Of a stretch of DNA of 64,000 nt, positions 49,010 through 58,406 are shown in pieces. The notes under the pieces are model-generated. The model was not told the origin of the DNA, made no database searches, and saw nothing but the letters and a program-made list of their open reading frames with translations. The stretch spans positions 1 through 64,000 of the forward strand of contig JBBRNJ010000047.1 in NCBI GenBank assembly GCA_038230375.1, given 5' to 3'. Origin of the DNA: Polyangiales bacterium. GTDB lineage: Bacteria > Myxococcota_A > Polyangia > Polyangiales > Polyangiaceae. The position numbers and the translations under genes were made by a program. The stretch's first letter is position 1. The number at the start of each line of letters is the position of its first letter.

Positions 49010-49744
49010 CTACGCGTCTTCGTTCTGATCGACGAGACGAATGTCGATCTCGAGCGTCCCGCCCAGGATCTCCGCGTACCGCCGACACACCTCCACGGCC
49101 TCCTCCATCGCCGACAGCTCCAGCACGGCAAAGCCGCCGATGAGCTCCTTCGATTCGGTGAACGGTCCGTCGATCACGCGGAGATCGTTGTTCGTGAACA
49201 CCAGGCGCTTTGCCTTGGCGCTCGGCTGCAGCTGTAGCGAGCGAACCAGCACCCCGGCCTTCGTCATCTCGGTCTTGAGGCGGGTGAGGTCCGCCTTCTG
49301 CTTCGGGCTGCGGCCCGCGGCCTCCGTTGCCTGGTCGGCCTTGTCGATCAGGAGGATCTGCAGCGGCGGGTTCTCCGGCGCCGGCATCAGGCCGATGTCC
49401 CACGGCTCGTTGAGCTTTCCCAGCTCCAGCTCACCGTCGCCGATGATCTTCGCGTAGCGCTCGGCCCATCCAAGGGCCTCGTCGAGCGTGCGTACCTTGA
49501 GCAGCAGCGTCGCCGCCGGGAGCTCGTTCTCGCCACCGTAGGGGCCATGCTTGACGGTCACGCGACCGTCGCGCGACGTGAGGCGCGTGCGCGTCTTGCT
49601 GCCGCCGAGGCCCGCGCCGTCGATGAGCCGCCCGGCCTTCGCGTGCTCGCCGATGAACGCGCCCATCTTGTGGACGAGCTCCATCGGCGGCTTCTGGCCA
49701 GCCTCTGTTCCCGGATCGTTCTTGTGCATGATCATGAAACGCAT
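49010..49744 (-). CDS. YciI/DGPF-family protein with two tandem domains
   Basis: HGPYGGENEL and DGPFTESKELIGGF. Confidence 0.9.
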   Translation of the reverse strand: MRFMIMHKNDPGTEAGQKPPMELVHKMGAFIGEHAKAGRLIDGAGLGGSKTRTRLTSRDGRVTVKHGPYGGENELPAATLLLKVRTLDEALGWAERYAKIIGDGELELGKLNEPWDIGLMPAPENPPLQILLIDKADQATEAAGRSPKQKADLTRLKTEMTKAGVLVRSLQLQPSAKAKRLVFTNNDLRVIDGPFTESKELIGGFAVLELSAMEEAVEVCRRYAEILGGTLEIDIRLVDQNEDA

Positions 49745-49753
49745 GGTGGACTC

Positions 49754-50170
49754 CTAGCGTGCCTGGGTTGAAAGGACGAGGGCACGAAGCCCAGGGCTGC
49801 GCAGACCGTACGCGATCCAGAGCAGCACGCCTGTTGCGACGGCGAACCAGAACGGAGTGCCGGTGGCAACGTGCGTGGCGACCGCGCCGCCAAGGTACGC
49901 CGTCACGAGAGCCGCGCCAAGGAGCTGCGTCCGCGGCATCAGGTGCAGCAGCGTGGACACGGCGAGCACCAGACCAAGCGGGCGGAGCAGGTCGATGTTG
50001 TATCCGAGCTTCTGTGATGCCTCGATGACCGGCGCAAGGAGGAGCAGCTTGCCGAGCGCGTCGAGCAGCAAGAAGGTGGCGATGAGGCCAGTCAGCACGC
50101 GGCCGGTCCAGACCTGTGCGCGCGAGCCGCTGCGGGTGAGTGGTGAGTGGGAAGAGAGCGCATTCTCCAT
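49754..50170 (-). CDS. DoxX-like membrane protein
   Basis: FLLLDALGKL, PRTQLLGAALVTAYLGGAVATH. Confidence 0.88.
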   Translation of the reverse strand: MENALSSHSPLTRSGSRAQVWTGRVLTGLIATFLLLDALGKLLLLAPVIEASQKLGYNIDLLRPLGLVLAVSTLLHLMPRTQLLGAALVTAYLGGAVATHVATGTPFWFAVATGVLLWIAYGLRSPGLRALVLSTQAR

Positions 50171-50229
50171 GACGATCCTTGGGTTCGTGAGTTTTTGCGC
50201 CGGCCCCTTGCCGGTGCGTTCACGGACCC

Positions 50230-50256
50230 GACGAACGACCCGCGCGTGGATCGACC
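50230..50256 (-). promoter_or_regulatory. ECF42-type promoter upstream of DoxX-YciI
   Basis: GGTCGA-N17-CGTC on the minus strand, sharing GTCGAT..CGTTCGTCG with 58292-58318. Confidence 0.65.
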
Positions 50257-50293
50257 GCCTGCAGCGTTCTTTTTTCAACTGCCTGGAATGACG

Positions 50294-51160
50294 TCAGTTT
50301 CCTCGAGCAGTGCCGGTGGCGATCGCGATCTCGGGGCGCGCCAGCACCCTGTCCGCGATCTCGCCCGCGGCTGACTTCGCGGCGCGATACGTGGGGTCGA
50401 TGAGGCGAAGCGGGTGCATGCCATCCACCTGACCCACGAACGGCGGATGAATGTTGTACCCCAACATGGACCGCACACGCGGCGACGCAGCGCGCGCAGT
50501 CTCGCGCGACGCAATGAGCAGCTGGGACTCCTGCGGCCGCAGCCACGCCTGACAGTACTGCGGCGAGATACACAGCCGCGTGCGGTGGGAACGATTCGCG
50601 CCACCGCGGTGCCAGAGCGCGCCGTTGAACACGAGCGCCGAACCGCGCGGCATGATCGCGGCGACCTCCTGGTGTTCACGCGTGTCGGGATGTTCGGTCC
50701 CCCACCGATGACTCCCGGGAATGAGCTCCGTGGCCCCATTCTCTTCCGTGAAGTCCTCGAGCGCCCAGATGACCGAGATCGCGAGCGGCGTGGAAAGCGG
50801 CCGTGGCGCCGGATAGAACGTGTCGTCGGTGTGCCATGGCTGCGCGGTCTCACCCGGGTGAAGCCGGATCGACTGCAGGTTGGAGAGGAGGAAGTTCGGC
50901 AAGAGCAGCGCATCCAGGAGCGACATCACGTGCGCGTTCTCTGCCAGCTGCAGGAATACGGAGCCCTTGCCCGCGAGCGAGTAGACCCGGTGCGAACGCT
51001 CGCCCTCGAACTGGTTGCGACCCATCGGCCGGTCCCGCTCGTACGGCTCGAGCGCGCGCGTGAGCTCCTCTACCTGCGCAGGAGGAAGTAGGTCCGGGAG
51101 GATGACGTAGCCTTCGTCATGGATGGCGGTCAGCCGGGTCGGGAGGTCAGTGGCGTCCAT
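50294..51160 (-). CDS. Phytanoyl-CoA dioxygenase (PhyH) family 2OG-Fe(II) oxygenase
   Basis: PGETAQPWHTDD (HxD), NGATELIPGSH, LWHRGGAN. Confidence 0.92.
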   Translation of the reverse strand: MDATDLPTRLTAIHDEGYVILPDLLPPAQVEELTRALEPYERDRPMGRNQFEGERSHRVYSLAGKGSVFLQLAENAHVMSLLDALLLPNFLLSNLQSIRLHPGETAQPWHTDDTFYPAPRPLSTPLAISVIWALEDFTEENGATELIPGSHRWGTEHPDTREHQEVAAIMPRGSALVFNGALWHRGGANRSHRTRLCISPQYCQAWLRPQESQLLIASRETARAASPRVRSMLGYNIHPPFVGQVDGMHPLRLIDPTYRAAKSAAGEIADRVLARPEIAIATGTARGN

Positions 51161-51767
51161 TCCTGGAGAGTCGCACAGATGTGCGACTCTGGCAAAGGCG
51201 CTCGATTTCGGCGTCCAGCAGGGCCTCTGCCAGCGCCAGCGTCGCCTTTCCTGGGTCCGTGAGCTGCCGCAGCGCCACACCATGCGCAAAGGCAACGGCG
51301 CGCTCTGCCTCCATCCGTACGTCCGCGGTGCGAATGATCTCACCGCGCTCCACGCCGGCGCGCAGCACGTCCGCAAAGAACGCGATCAGCTTCGACTGCG
51401 TGTCTTCCTGCCACGACGCGAAATAGCGATCGTGTGCGGCGTGGGCGGTGACCGCGCAGAAGAAGCGCCACCACATTCGCACGTTCTTCCGGTCCAGCAG
51501 GTAGCGCCGAAACAGGCGACGAAGCGCGGTCCGCGTGTCGCCCGCGTGCGCGCTCCAGTCCGGCGGTGTGGCGTACGCGTACTGCAGCGCAAACCGGAGG
51601 AGCCCCTGCTTGTTGGCGAAGTGGTGGTTCAGCGTGCCCGTGCTGAGGCCCGTCTCCGCAGAGACCGCGCGCATGCGAAACCCTTCTATGCCGTGCTTGC
51701 CGACAAGGGTGAACACCGCGACCGCCACCTTGCGAAGAAGCTCCGGATCCGCCAGGGGACGCGCCAT
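51147..51767 (-). CDS. TetR-family regulator (BetI-like C-terminus)
   Basis: GIEGFRMRAVSAETGLSTGTLNHHFANKQGLL. Confidence 0.9.
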   Translation of the reverse strand: MARPLADPELLRKVAVAVFTLVGKHGIEGFRMRAVSAETGLSTGTLNHHFANKQGLLRFALQYAYATPPDWSAHAGDTRTALRRLFRRYLLDRKNVRMWWRFFCAVTAHAAHDRYFASWQEDTQSKLIAFFADVLRAGVERGEIIRTADVRMEAERAVAFAHGVALRQLTDPGKATLALAEALLDAEIERLCQSRTSVRLSRNGRH

Positions 51768-51828
51768 CCCGCGCAGCCTACTCCAAGTAACGCGGGCGTT
51801 GCCGCCCGGCAGTGGCTACACTGATCGC

Positions 51829-52923
51829 GTGAGCGATCCAAGCACCTCGAAGATCAACAAAGAACGCGAAGACACCGACGCGAGCCTCCTTGCCGAGCGA
51901 ACCAAGACGGACGCCGAGCTCGCCGGGAAGCTGGCTTCCGCTGCGGCGGAAGAGGCGGGTCTCCTTGGCGTCGCCAGGGCCCGCGCCGAGGAGACTCTGA
52001 CGAAGGCACGCACCCTTGCGGATCGCGCCATGGCGGCAGCTGGAACGCCCATCAACGTCCAGAAGCAGGTCGAGGTCGAGCGCCATTCCGCCGACGAGGC
52101 CGTCGGGGAGGAGCGGATAGTTGCCGAGGGCCGCCTTCGCATCGAGCGCAGCAAGCACGAGCGCGCTCTCTCGGCGCTGCTTCATCTGGAGCGCGAGGCC
52201 ACCGACGAGGGGCTCCTTCTGGAGCGTGCGCGCGCGGACGAGATCGTCGCAACGCGCGACGACTTCCTGGCGATCGTCAGCCACGATCTGAAGAACATTC
52301 TTGGGAACATCGCGCTGAGCGCCGAGCTGCTCGACGACGTTGGCAACCAGGCGACGCGGGCGCACACTGATCGCATTCGACGCGGAGCTGCGCGGATGAA
52401 TCGCCTCGTCGGCGATCTCCTCGACGTCGTCGCGCTCGAGGCGGGGAAGCTCCGCTTGACGCGAAACCCACATGACGTAATCCCGCTGTTGAACGAGGCC
52501 AGCGAATCATTTCAGGCCCTGTACCAGGCCAAAGGGATCGCGCTCGTAGTGGACGGCGCGGCCGGCCCCGCGGTCGTCCTGCTGGATCACGATCGCATCC
52601 TGCAGGTCCTCGCAAACCTCCTGAGCAACGCCCTGAAGTTCACGGAGTCGGGCGGCCGCGTCGTCGCATCCGTCGCCGTGGTGGGCGCGGAGGTTCGGTT
52701 CTCGGTGACCGACACCGGCATCGGCATTCCCGCAGACCAGACGGAGGCGATCTTCGAGCGCTTCGGGCAGGTGAGGAGAGACCGCCGCGGTCACGGGCTC
52801 GGGCTATACATCTCGAAGTGCATCGTCGAGGGCCACCACGGCAAGATCTGGGCAGAGCCGCTGGAGAGCGGCGGCACGGCCCTGACTTTCACCCTGCCCA
52901 TGTCGACCGAGCGCCCTGCCTAG
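51829..52923 (+). CDS. Soluble histidine kinase with coiled-coil N-terminus
   Basis: FLAIVSHDLKN, NLLSNALKFT, DTGIGI, GHGLGL. Confidence 0.93.
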   Translation: MSDPSTSKINKEREDTDASLLAERTKTDAELAGKLASAAAEEAGLLGVARARAEETLTKARTLADRAMAAAGTPINVQKQVEVERHSADEAVGEERIVAEGRLRIERSKHERALSALLHLEREATDEGLLLERARADEIVATRDDFLAIVSHDLKNILGNIALSAELLDDVGNQATRAHTDRIRRGAARMNRLVGDLLDVVALEAGKLRLTRNPHDVIPLLNEASESFQALYQAKGIALVVDGAAGPAVVLLDHDRILQVLANLLSNALKFTESGGRVVASVAVVGAEVRFSVTDTGIGIPADQTEAIFERFGQVRRDRRGHGLGLYISKCIVEGHHGKIWAEPLESGGTALTFTLPMSTERPA

Positions 52924-52945
52924 TCCAGATAGTCGTGGTGTCCGG

Positions 52946-53272
52946 ATGACCGACTATCTGCCTCCCAAGCTCACCATGCGTCTCGGCGACATCCCGCTGT
53001 CGTTGACGCTGGTGGAGGCGATGGAGGAGACCGGCGTCCTTGACGCGCGCTTTCGCACCGAACCCGCCGCCACGAGCCTCCCCGCGCTGGATGGTTCGCT
53101 CGCCACGCTGTTCGTGGGCGCCTCCGGGCTGGTGACCGGTCTACATATCGAGGACCACGTCGATCACGAGACGGACCGCTCTATCGACTTCGAGATCGGG
53201 ACCATCCGCCTCATCTGGCTCGGCGACGCCATCCGCGTCACGCTGCGCGCGTTCTTCGAGCCGGAGACCTGA
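52946..53272 (+). CDS. Hypothetical protein
   Basis: 108-aa ORF ending 3 nt before smpB; plausible composition. Confidence 0.55.
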   Translation: MTDYLPPKLTMRLGDIPLSLTLVEAMEETGVLDARFRTEPAATSLPALDGSLATLFVGASGLVTGLHIEDHVDHETDRSIDFEIGTIRLIWLGDAIRVTLRAFFEPET

Positions 53273-53275
53273 GCC

Positions 53276-53743
53276 ATGGCCGCCTCCTTCATCGCGCAGA
53301 ACCGCGCCGCCCGATTCCACTACGAGATCTCGGAGCGGTTCGAGGCCGGCATCGTCCTTCGCGGCAGCGAGGTGAAGTCGCTTCGTGAGGGACGCGCCAG
53401 CCTGGCGGAGGCGTACGCCACGGTGGAGAACGGCGAGGTCTGGCTGAAACAGATGCATATTGCATCTTTCTTCGCGGCGCGCGCGTTTCCGCATGTGGAG
53501 CGCGGCATACGCAAGCTGCTGCTCCACAAGAAGCAGATCGCGCACCTCATCCGCGCCGTGTCGCGGGAGGGCTACACGCTGGTCCCGCTCGATCTCCATT
53601 TCTCCAATGGGCGCGTGAAGGTCACGCTGGGCGTGGGTCGCGGACGCAAGGCGCACGACAAGCGCGCCGTCCTGGCCGAGCGCACCGCCACGCGCGAGGC
53701 CGTGGAAGAAGTCCGCGCGCGGCGCGATGGTCGTCGCGACTGA
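53276..53743 (+). CDS. smpB: SsrA-binding protein
   Basis: NRAARFHY, EAGIVLRGSEVKSLR, RKLLLHK, GYTLVPL, GRKAHDKR. Confidence 0.95.
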   Translation: MAASFIAQNRAARFHYEISERFEAGIVLRGSEVKSLREGRASLAEAYATVENGEVWLKQMHIASFFAARAFPHVERGIRKLLLHKKQIAHLIRAVSREGYTLVPLDLHFSNGRVKVTLGVGRGRKAHDKRAVLAERTATREAVEEVRARRDGRRD

Positions 53744-53755
53744 GCGGCGCAGAAG

Positions 53756-55117
53756 CTATTTTTTTGCTGCCACGAAGCCGGCGCTCGTCCAGCTCCAGCC
53801 CGTCTTCTTGTCGGTCGCCACGAGCTCGAACACGGACCCGTTCACGCTGACGCCAACGGGCGGCGCCGTGAGCCGAGTGACGGTGAGCTGGACGACATCA
53901 CCCACGTTGACCGTCTTCTGGGCCAGCGAGAGCGAGAGCTCCGGCTTCCGCTTGAACACCGTCGCCGCGAGATCGTTCGCCACGAGCTCGATGGGTCCCA
54001 CGACCGGTCCCTCGGCGACCACGTGGACGTCCACGTACATCGCCTCGTTGACGGCCAGCGCGATCCCAGGCGTCTTCCGGCCGCTCACGTAGACTTGCGG
54101 TGGGCCGAGCGCCGCCACGGCCTGGAACATGGGCGGCTGGCCCGGTGATGCCGGCACGCACGGAACGTGCTTCGCGGCTGCCGCTGCGTTCGACCAGACG
54201 GACATGAGCTTGATTGTCTGGCCGCCGACCTGCGTCGGTACCGGGTAGTTGCACAGATCGTTCAGCTCGGTGGGGTAACCGTACGCCCATGCGATGTGCG
54301 CGTCGTCGACGTCCGTGTACGCGGGCATGCTCACGGGAAAGGGATCGGTCGTTGCCTCGACGAGCTCGTGGGTGACCGCCGACATCTCGAATGCCAGCTT
54401 CGTCGAGAAGCGGGGGTCGGTGCAGCCCGTGTCGACGACGGCGTAAGAGATCTCGCCCACGGGGTCGACGGTCATGCTGTAGTGGTACGCAAGCCCGACG
54501 GAGCATGGCTCGTTCGTGATCTTGGTCTGCGCGCTCGTGAAGAGGACGTAGACGGTGTCGGTCGCGTTCGCGGTCCCTGCACCACCACCAGAGTCAGGTG
54601 TATCGCCGTCGCTCGCGTCCGGATCGGCGCCGCTGTCGGGCGTGCCTGCGTCTCCAGTGCCCCAGTATCGCTGCACCGCGGTCGCGATGATCGCCTCGAG
54701 ACCGGCCGTGTTGATCGATGCGGGGGTGGGTCCGTCAAGAGCCACCACAGTCACTGCGCCGATCGGGCCGATTCCATACTCGCTCGTGGTGGTCTTCCAG
54801 AAGTCGCTGGGGCCAAGGTCCTGCATGAACTTCGTGAGCGCGTCCTTGTTCGGATCTGCCGGATCGAAGAACGCGACGATCCGGGGATGGGTGATGCGTG
54901 GCCCGCCGAAGTTGCGCACCTGAGGCAGATCGATCGTGACCACGGGGCCCGCGGCATCGACGCCGCCGTCGGATGTGCCGGCCTCATCCGCGATTCCTCC
55001 TGCCTCCACGGTGCTCGCGGGCGTGCCGCCATCCGAGCCGCACGCGGCAACAATCGCGATCGCCATGGCGACTGCCGCGTACGCCAGAGTGGCAACTTGA
55101 AATAGGCCCCGCCCCAT
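53756..55117 (-). CDS. Lipoprotein with HExxExxTDP (Phi-1/EXO-like) domain
   Basis: IVAAC lipobox; GGPRITHPRIV, AYHY, HELVEATTDP, ELNDLC, WSN. Confidence 0.8.
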   Translation of the reverse strand: MGRGLFQVATLAYAAVAMAIAIVAACGSDGGTPASTVEAGGIADEAGTSDGGVDAAGPVVTIDLPQVRNFGGPRITHPRIVAFFDPADPNKDALTKFMQDLGPSDFWKTTTSEYGIGPIGAVTVVALDGPTPASINTAGLEAIIATAVQRYWGTGDAGTPDSGADPDASDGDTPDSGGGAGTANATDTVYVLFTSAQTKITNEPCSVGLAYHYSMTVDPVGEISYAVVDTGCTDPRFSTKLAFEMSAVTHELVEATTDPFPVSMPAYTDVDDAHIAWAYGYPTELNDLCNYPVPTQVGGQTIKLMSVWSNAAAAAKHVPCVPASPGQPPMFQAVAALGPPQVYVSGRKTPGIALAVNEAMYVDVHVVAEGPVVGPIELVANDLAATVFKRKPELSLSLAQKTVNVGDVVQLTVTRLTAPPVGVSVNGSVFELVATDKKTGWSWTSAGFVAAKK

Positions 55118-55164
55118 GATCAGCAGAGTAGCACGCGAGGCGCTGTGGTACTCCAGCGTGCACG

Positions 55165-56652
55165 ATGACCGAACACGCCGCGCCTCGACATTCTCACCAT
55201 TCGGGCACCGTCGATCTCAGGACCATCGCCCGCCGCGCCATGGTCGAGCGCTCGCTCCTGCCGGACTTCTCGGATGCTGCGATCGCCGAGACGGCAAGAT
55301 TCTCTGCGGCGAGCGCCTCTGATGGTGCGACGACCAGAGATCTACGCGACCTGTTGTGGGCGTCCATCGACAACGACGACTCTCGCGATCTGGACCAGCT
55401 GTCGGTCGCGGAGGTGCTGGCTGATGGCGCGGTGAAGATCTTCGTTGCCATTGCCGATGTCGACAGCCTGGTGAAGAAGAACTCCGCGATCGACGCGCAT
55501 GCGCGGGCGAACACCACGTCGGTGTACACGGCCGCGCAGATCTTCCCCATGCTGCCGGAGAAGCTCTCGACCGACCTCACGTCGCTCGGCGAAGGCGTCG
55601 ATCGCAGCGCGATCGTGGTCGAGATGGTGGTGAACGCGGATGGGTCGACCCAGAGCTCCGACGTCTACCGCGCGCGCGTCAGAAACCGGGCGAAGCTCGC
55701 GTACAACAGTGTTGCCGCGTGGCTCGATGGTACCGCTGAAGCCCCACCGCACGTGCTCGCGGTGTCCGGAATGGACGAACAGATCCGGGTACAGGACCGC
55801 GTCGCGCACGAGCTCCGGAAGCGGCGCTTCGAGCACGGCGCGCTCACCCTGGAGACGCTGGAGGCGCGCGCGGTGTTCGACGGCGATGCCCTGTCGGACC
55901 TGGTTCCAGAGGGCCGTAACCGGGCAAAGGACCTCATCGAGGATTTCATGATCGCGGCGAACGGCGTCACTGCGCGGTTCCTGGACGCGAAAAAATTCCC
56001 GTCCCTCCGGCGCGTGCTGCGCTCCCCCGAGCGATGGGAGAAGATCGTCCTCCTGGCAGAGTCGCTCGGTGAGACCCTGCCGCCCGATCCCTCGAACGAG
56101 GCGCTGCAGTTGTTCCTCATGACGCGTCGCGATCTGGAGCCGTCGCGCTTCGCGGACCTTTCGCTGTCGGTCGTGAAGCTGCTCGGCAGAGGTGAATACG
56201 TCCTGGATCTGGCGGGGCGGCAAGCCGTAGGGCACTTCGGGCTTGCGCTCAAGGACTACACGCACTCGACCGCGCCGAACCGCCGCTTTCCTGACCTCAT
56301 CACGCAGCGGCTCTTGAAGGCCGCCATGTCGGGGAGCCCGCCTCCGTACTCGAATGAGGAGCTTAGCTCGCTGGCCACGCACTGCACGCTACAAGAGGAC
56401 AACGCCACGAAGGTGGAGCGGCGGGTTCGCAAGTCGGCCGCGGCGCTCCTCTTGTCGTCTCACGTCGGCCAGGTGTTCGACGCGTTCGTGACCGGCGCAT
56501 CGCCGAAAGGAACGTTCGTGAGGATTGCTCGCCCAGCAGCGGAAGGAAAGCTGGTGCGCGGATTCCATGGCCTCGACGTGGGCGATCGGGTTCGCGTCGA
56601 GCTCGTCCACACGGACTTCGAGCACGGCTTCGTCGATTTCGCCCGCGCGTGA
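55165..56652 (+). CDS. RNB-domain exoribonuclease (RNase II/R family, short form)
   Basis: SIDNDDSRDLDQ, VAIADV, LIEDFMIAAN, HFGL, YTHSTAPNRRFPDL; C-terminal S1-like domain. Confidence 0.93.
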   Translation: MTEHAAPRHSHHSGTVDLRTIARRAMVERSLLPDFSDAAIAETARFSAASASDGATTRDLRDLLWASIDNDDSRDLDQLSVAEVLADGAVKIFVAIADVDSLVKKNSAIDAHARANTTSVYTAAQIFPMLPEKLSTDLTSLGEGVDRSAIVVEMVVNADGSTQSSDVYRARVRNRAKLAYNSVAAWLDGTAEAPPHVLAVSGMDEQIRVQDRVAHELRKRRFEHGALTLETLEARAVFDGDALSDLVPEGRNRAKDLIEDFMIAANGVTARFLDAKKFPSLRRVLRSPERWEKIVLLAESLGETLPPDPSNEALQLFLMTRRDLEPSRFADLSLSVVKLLGRGEYVLDLAGRQAVGHFGLALKDYTHSTAPNRRFPDLITQRLLKAAMSGSPPPYSNEELSSLATHCTLQEDNATKVERRVRKSAAALLLSSHVGQVFDAFVTGASPKGTFVRIARPAAEGKLVRGFHGLDVGDRVRVELVHTDFEHGFVDFARA

Positions 56653-56684
56653 GCCCTATCGGGCCCTGCGCCGGGACCGACCGG

Positions 56685-57512
56685 CTAGGGCTGCAGGGTG
56701 AGGACGTGGGCGAGCGCATACGACTGCGAGGTCGACGCCCCGGCGGCGAACGGACCTACCATCCCTGATGCGGTCACCAACACGTCCCCCGAAGCGCCAG
56801 AACGCTGGGAAGAGTTGTAGATGTTTTCGCGAACCGCGACGTCGGGGAGCGACCACGTCGTTTGCACCGTCGACGCGGTGTACGCGGTGATGCTCACGAT
56901 CGCCAGCTGGCCAGAGTTCCCGCTGACCATCGGGGTCATGAACATCGTTCCACCGGCGGCGATGTCGATCCCTAGATCTGCGGCGACGGGGCTCGTGCGA
57001 GAGGCCCCAACATAGGCGGAGATCCACGCAGCGATGCCGCACTTTTGGCTCAGCTGCCAGTCAAAGCTCTGTTCGCCGGCGTAGGAATGCGTGAACAGCG
57101 CAAGGGAGCCCACGATGGCGTGATCGATGCGACGCACCAGCGTCCAGCCTGCTGGCGCCGTGAGCCCCGTCATGCTGATCGCGCCGTCGTTGCCGAAACC
57201 AATGCCCGCCACCAGGAGGTCTCCGGGCTGGGCGCCCGCTGGGGCCAGCACGTTGATGGTGTCGATCGTCGAGCCGCTGTTTTGCGACGACGCGCGCCAT
57301 TGGATCGCGGCGCCGGACTCTCTATCAGGCCCAGCGTCCACGGCCACGACCACGGCTGCATCGATCGCCGTTGACCCCGCCTCGCTCGGACCCACGCCTC
57401 CGTCGGCCGGCCCAGCCAATCCGCCGAGGCCAACGGCCAGCGAACACCCCGCCAAAAGCGGCAGCGCGAACGCGAGCAGGAAGCGTTGGCCACTGAAGCG
57501 CACGAGCGACAT
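56685..57512 (-). CDS. Hypothetical lipoprotein
   Basis: LLAGC lipobox; APAGAQPGDLLVA, APAGWTLV beta-sandwich pattern. Confidence 0.75.
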   Translation of the reverse strand: MSLVRFSGQRFLLAFALPLLAGCSLAVGLGGLAGPADGGVGPSEAGSTAIDAAVVVAVDAGPDRESGAAIQWRASSQNSGSTIDTINVLAPAGAQPGDLLVAGIGFGNDGAISMTGLTAPAGWTLVRRIDHAIVGSLALFTHSYAGEQSFDWQLSQKCGIAAWISAYVGASRTSPVAADLGIDIAAGGTMFMTPMVSGNSGQLAIVSITAYTASTVQTTWSLPDVAVRENIYNSSQRSGASGDVLVTASGMVGPFAAGASTSQSYALAHVLTLQP

Positions 57513-57563
57513 GTACCCCCAAGAGTACCCTCTGCCGCGCGATAGGAGTAAGAGGCCCCAGAG

Positions 57564-58247
57564 ATGCAAAAAATCCTGCGAATCGCACTGCTCTCTGCTG
57601 CGTGCGTGCTCCTTCAATCCGGCGTGCGCACGGCGGTTGCGTCGGATGGTTGGACGAAGATCGACGCCAGCGACGGCATCACCATCTATCGGCGTGAGGT
57701 CCCCGGAAGCGAGGTCATCGCGTTCAAGGGCGAGGGCGTCGTGGCCGCGCCTCTCGTGCGCGTCGCCAGCGTGGTCTTCGACACCGCACGCGCCAGCGAG
57801 TGGATCGACAGCCTGACCGAGGCGCGCGTGGTCCGCCGCGTCTCCGACCTGGAGTACGTCGAGTACGACCACTTCGCCATGCCCCTGGTCATGACCGATC
57901 GCGACTTCGTGACGTCGAATCGCATGGAGTACGACTCCGCGCGGAAGGCGATCACGATCCGCATGCGCTCCGTCACGGACGCCGCCGCGCCGACCACCAC
58001 CTACATCCGCGGGGACCTCGTCGGCAGCACGTTCGTGCTCACGCCCACCGCAGACGGGAAGGGGACGCGCGTCGTCGGCGACGTCCACTGCGATCCCCGT
58101 GGCTCGGTCTCCACGTGGATCGTCAATTTCTTCCAGAAGGACTGGCCGCGCAGCACGCTACGGAGCCTCCGAACGCAGGTCGCAAAGACAAGCATCGTGG
58201 AAAACCCTGCCATACGGAAGCTGGTCGATCAGGGCGACGCGCACTGA
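57564..58247 (+). CDS. START-domain lipid-binding protein, exported
   Basis: WTKIDASDGITIY, IAFKGEG, PLVMTDRDFV, DPRGSVSTWIVN. Confidence 0.9.
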   Translation: MQKILRIALLSAACVLLQSGVRTAVASDGWTKIDASDGITIYRREVPGSEVIAFKGEGVVAAPLVRVASVVFDTARASEWIDSLTEARVVRRVSDLEYVEYDHFAMPLVMTDRDFVTSNRMEYDSARKAITIRMRSVTDAAAPTTTYIRGDLVGSTFVLTPTADGKGTRVVGDVHCDPRGSVSTWIVNFFQKDWPRSTLRSLRTQVAKTSIVENPAIRKLVDQGDAH

Positions 58248-58291
58248 TTTTGTCGGCGGATCAGGTGGTTTCCAGAAATCGACATGGCCGG

Positions 58292-58318
58292 TGTCGATCT
58301 GGCTCCCCTTCGTTCGTC
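58292..58318 (+). promoter_or_regulatory. ECF42-type promoter upstream of YciI-sigma operon
   Basis: TGTCGA-N17-CGTC. Confidence 0.7.
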
Positions 58319-58406
58319 GCCTGAGCGAAACGAGAAAGGAGCCACATCAGACACTGGACATGAAGGTGAAGGAGAAGCGCTCGGACAGAGCCAAAGGAGA
58401 AGAGTC

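Noticed and set aside
53000..56700. tmRNA (ssrA) or tRNA near smpB
   Set aside because: Intergenic gaps are too short, and no acceptor-stem, T-loop or CCA pattern was seen
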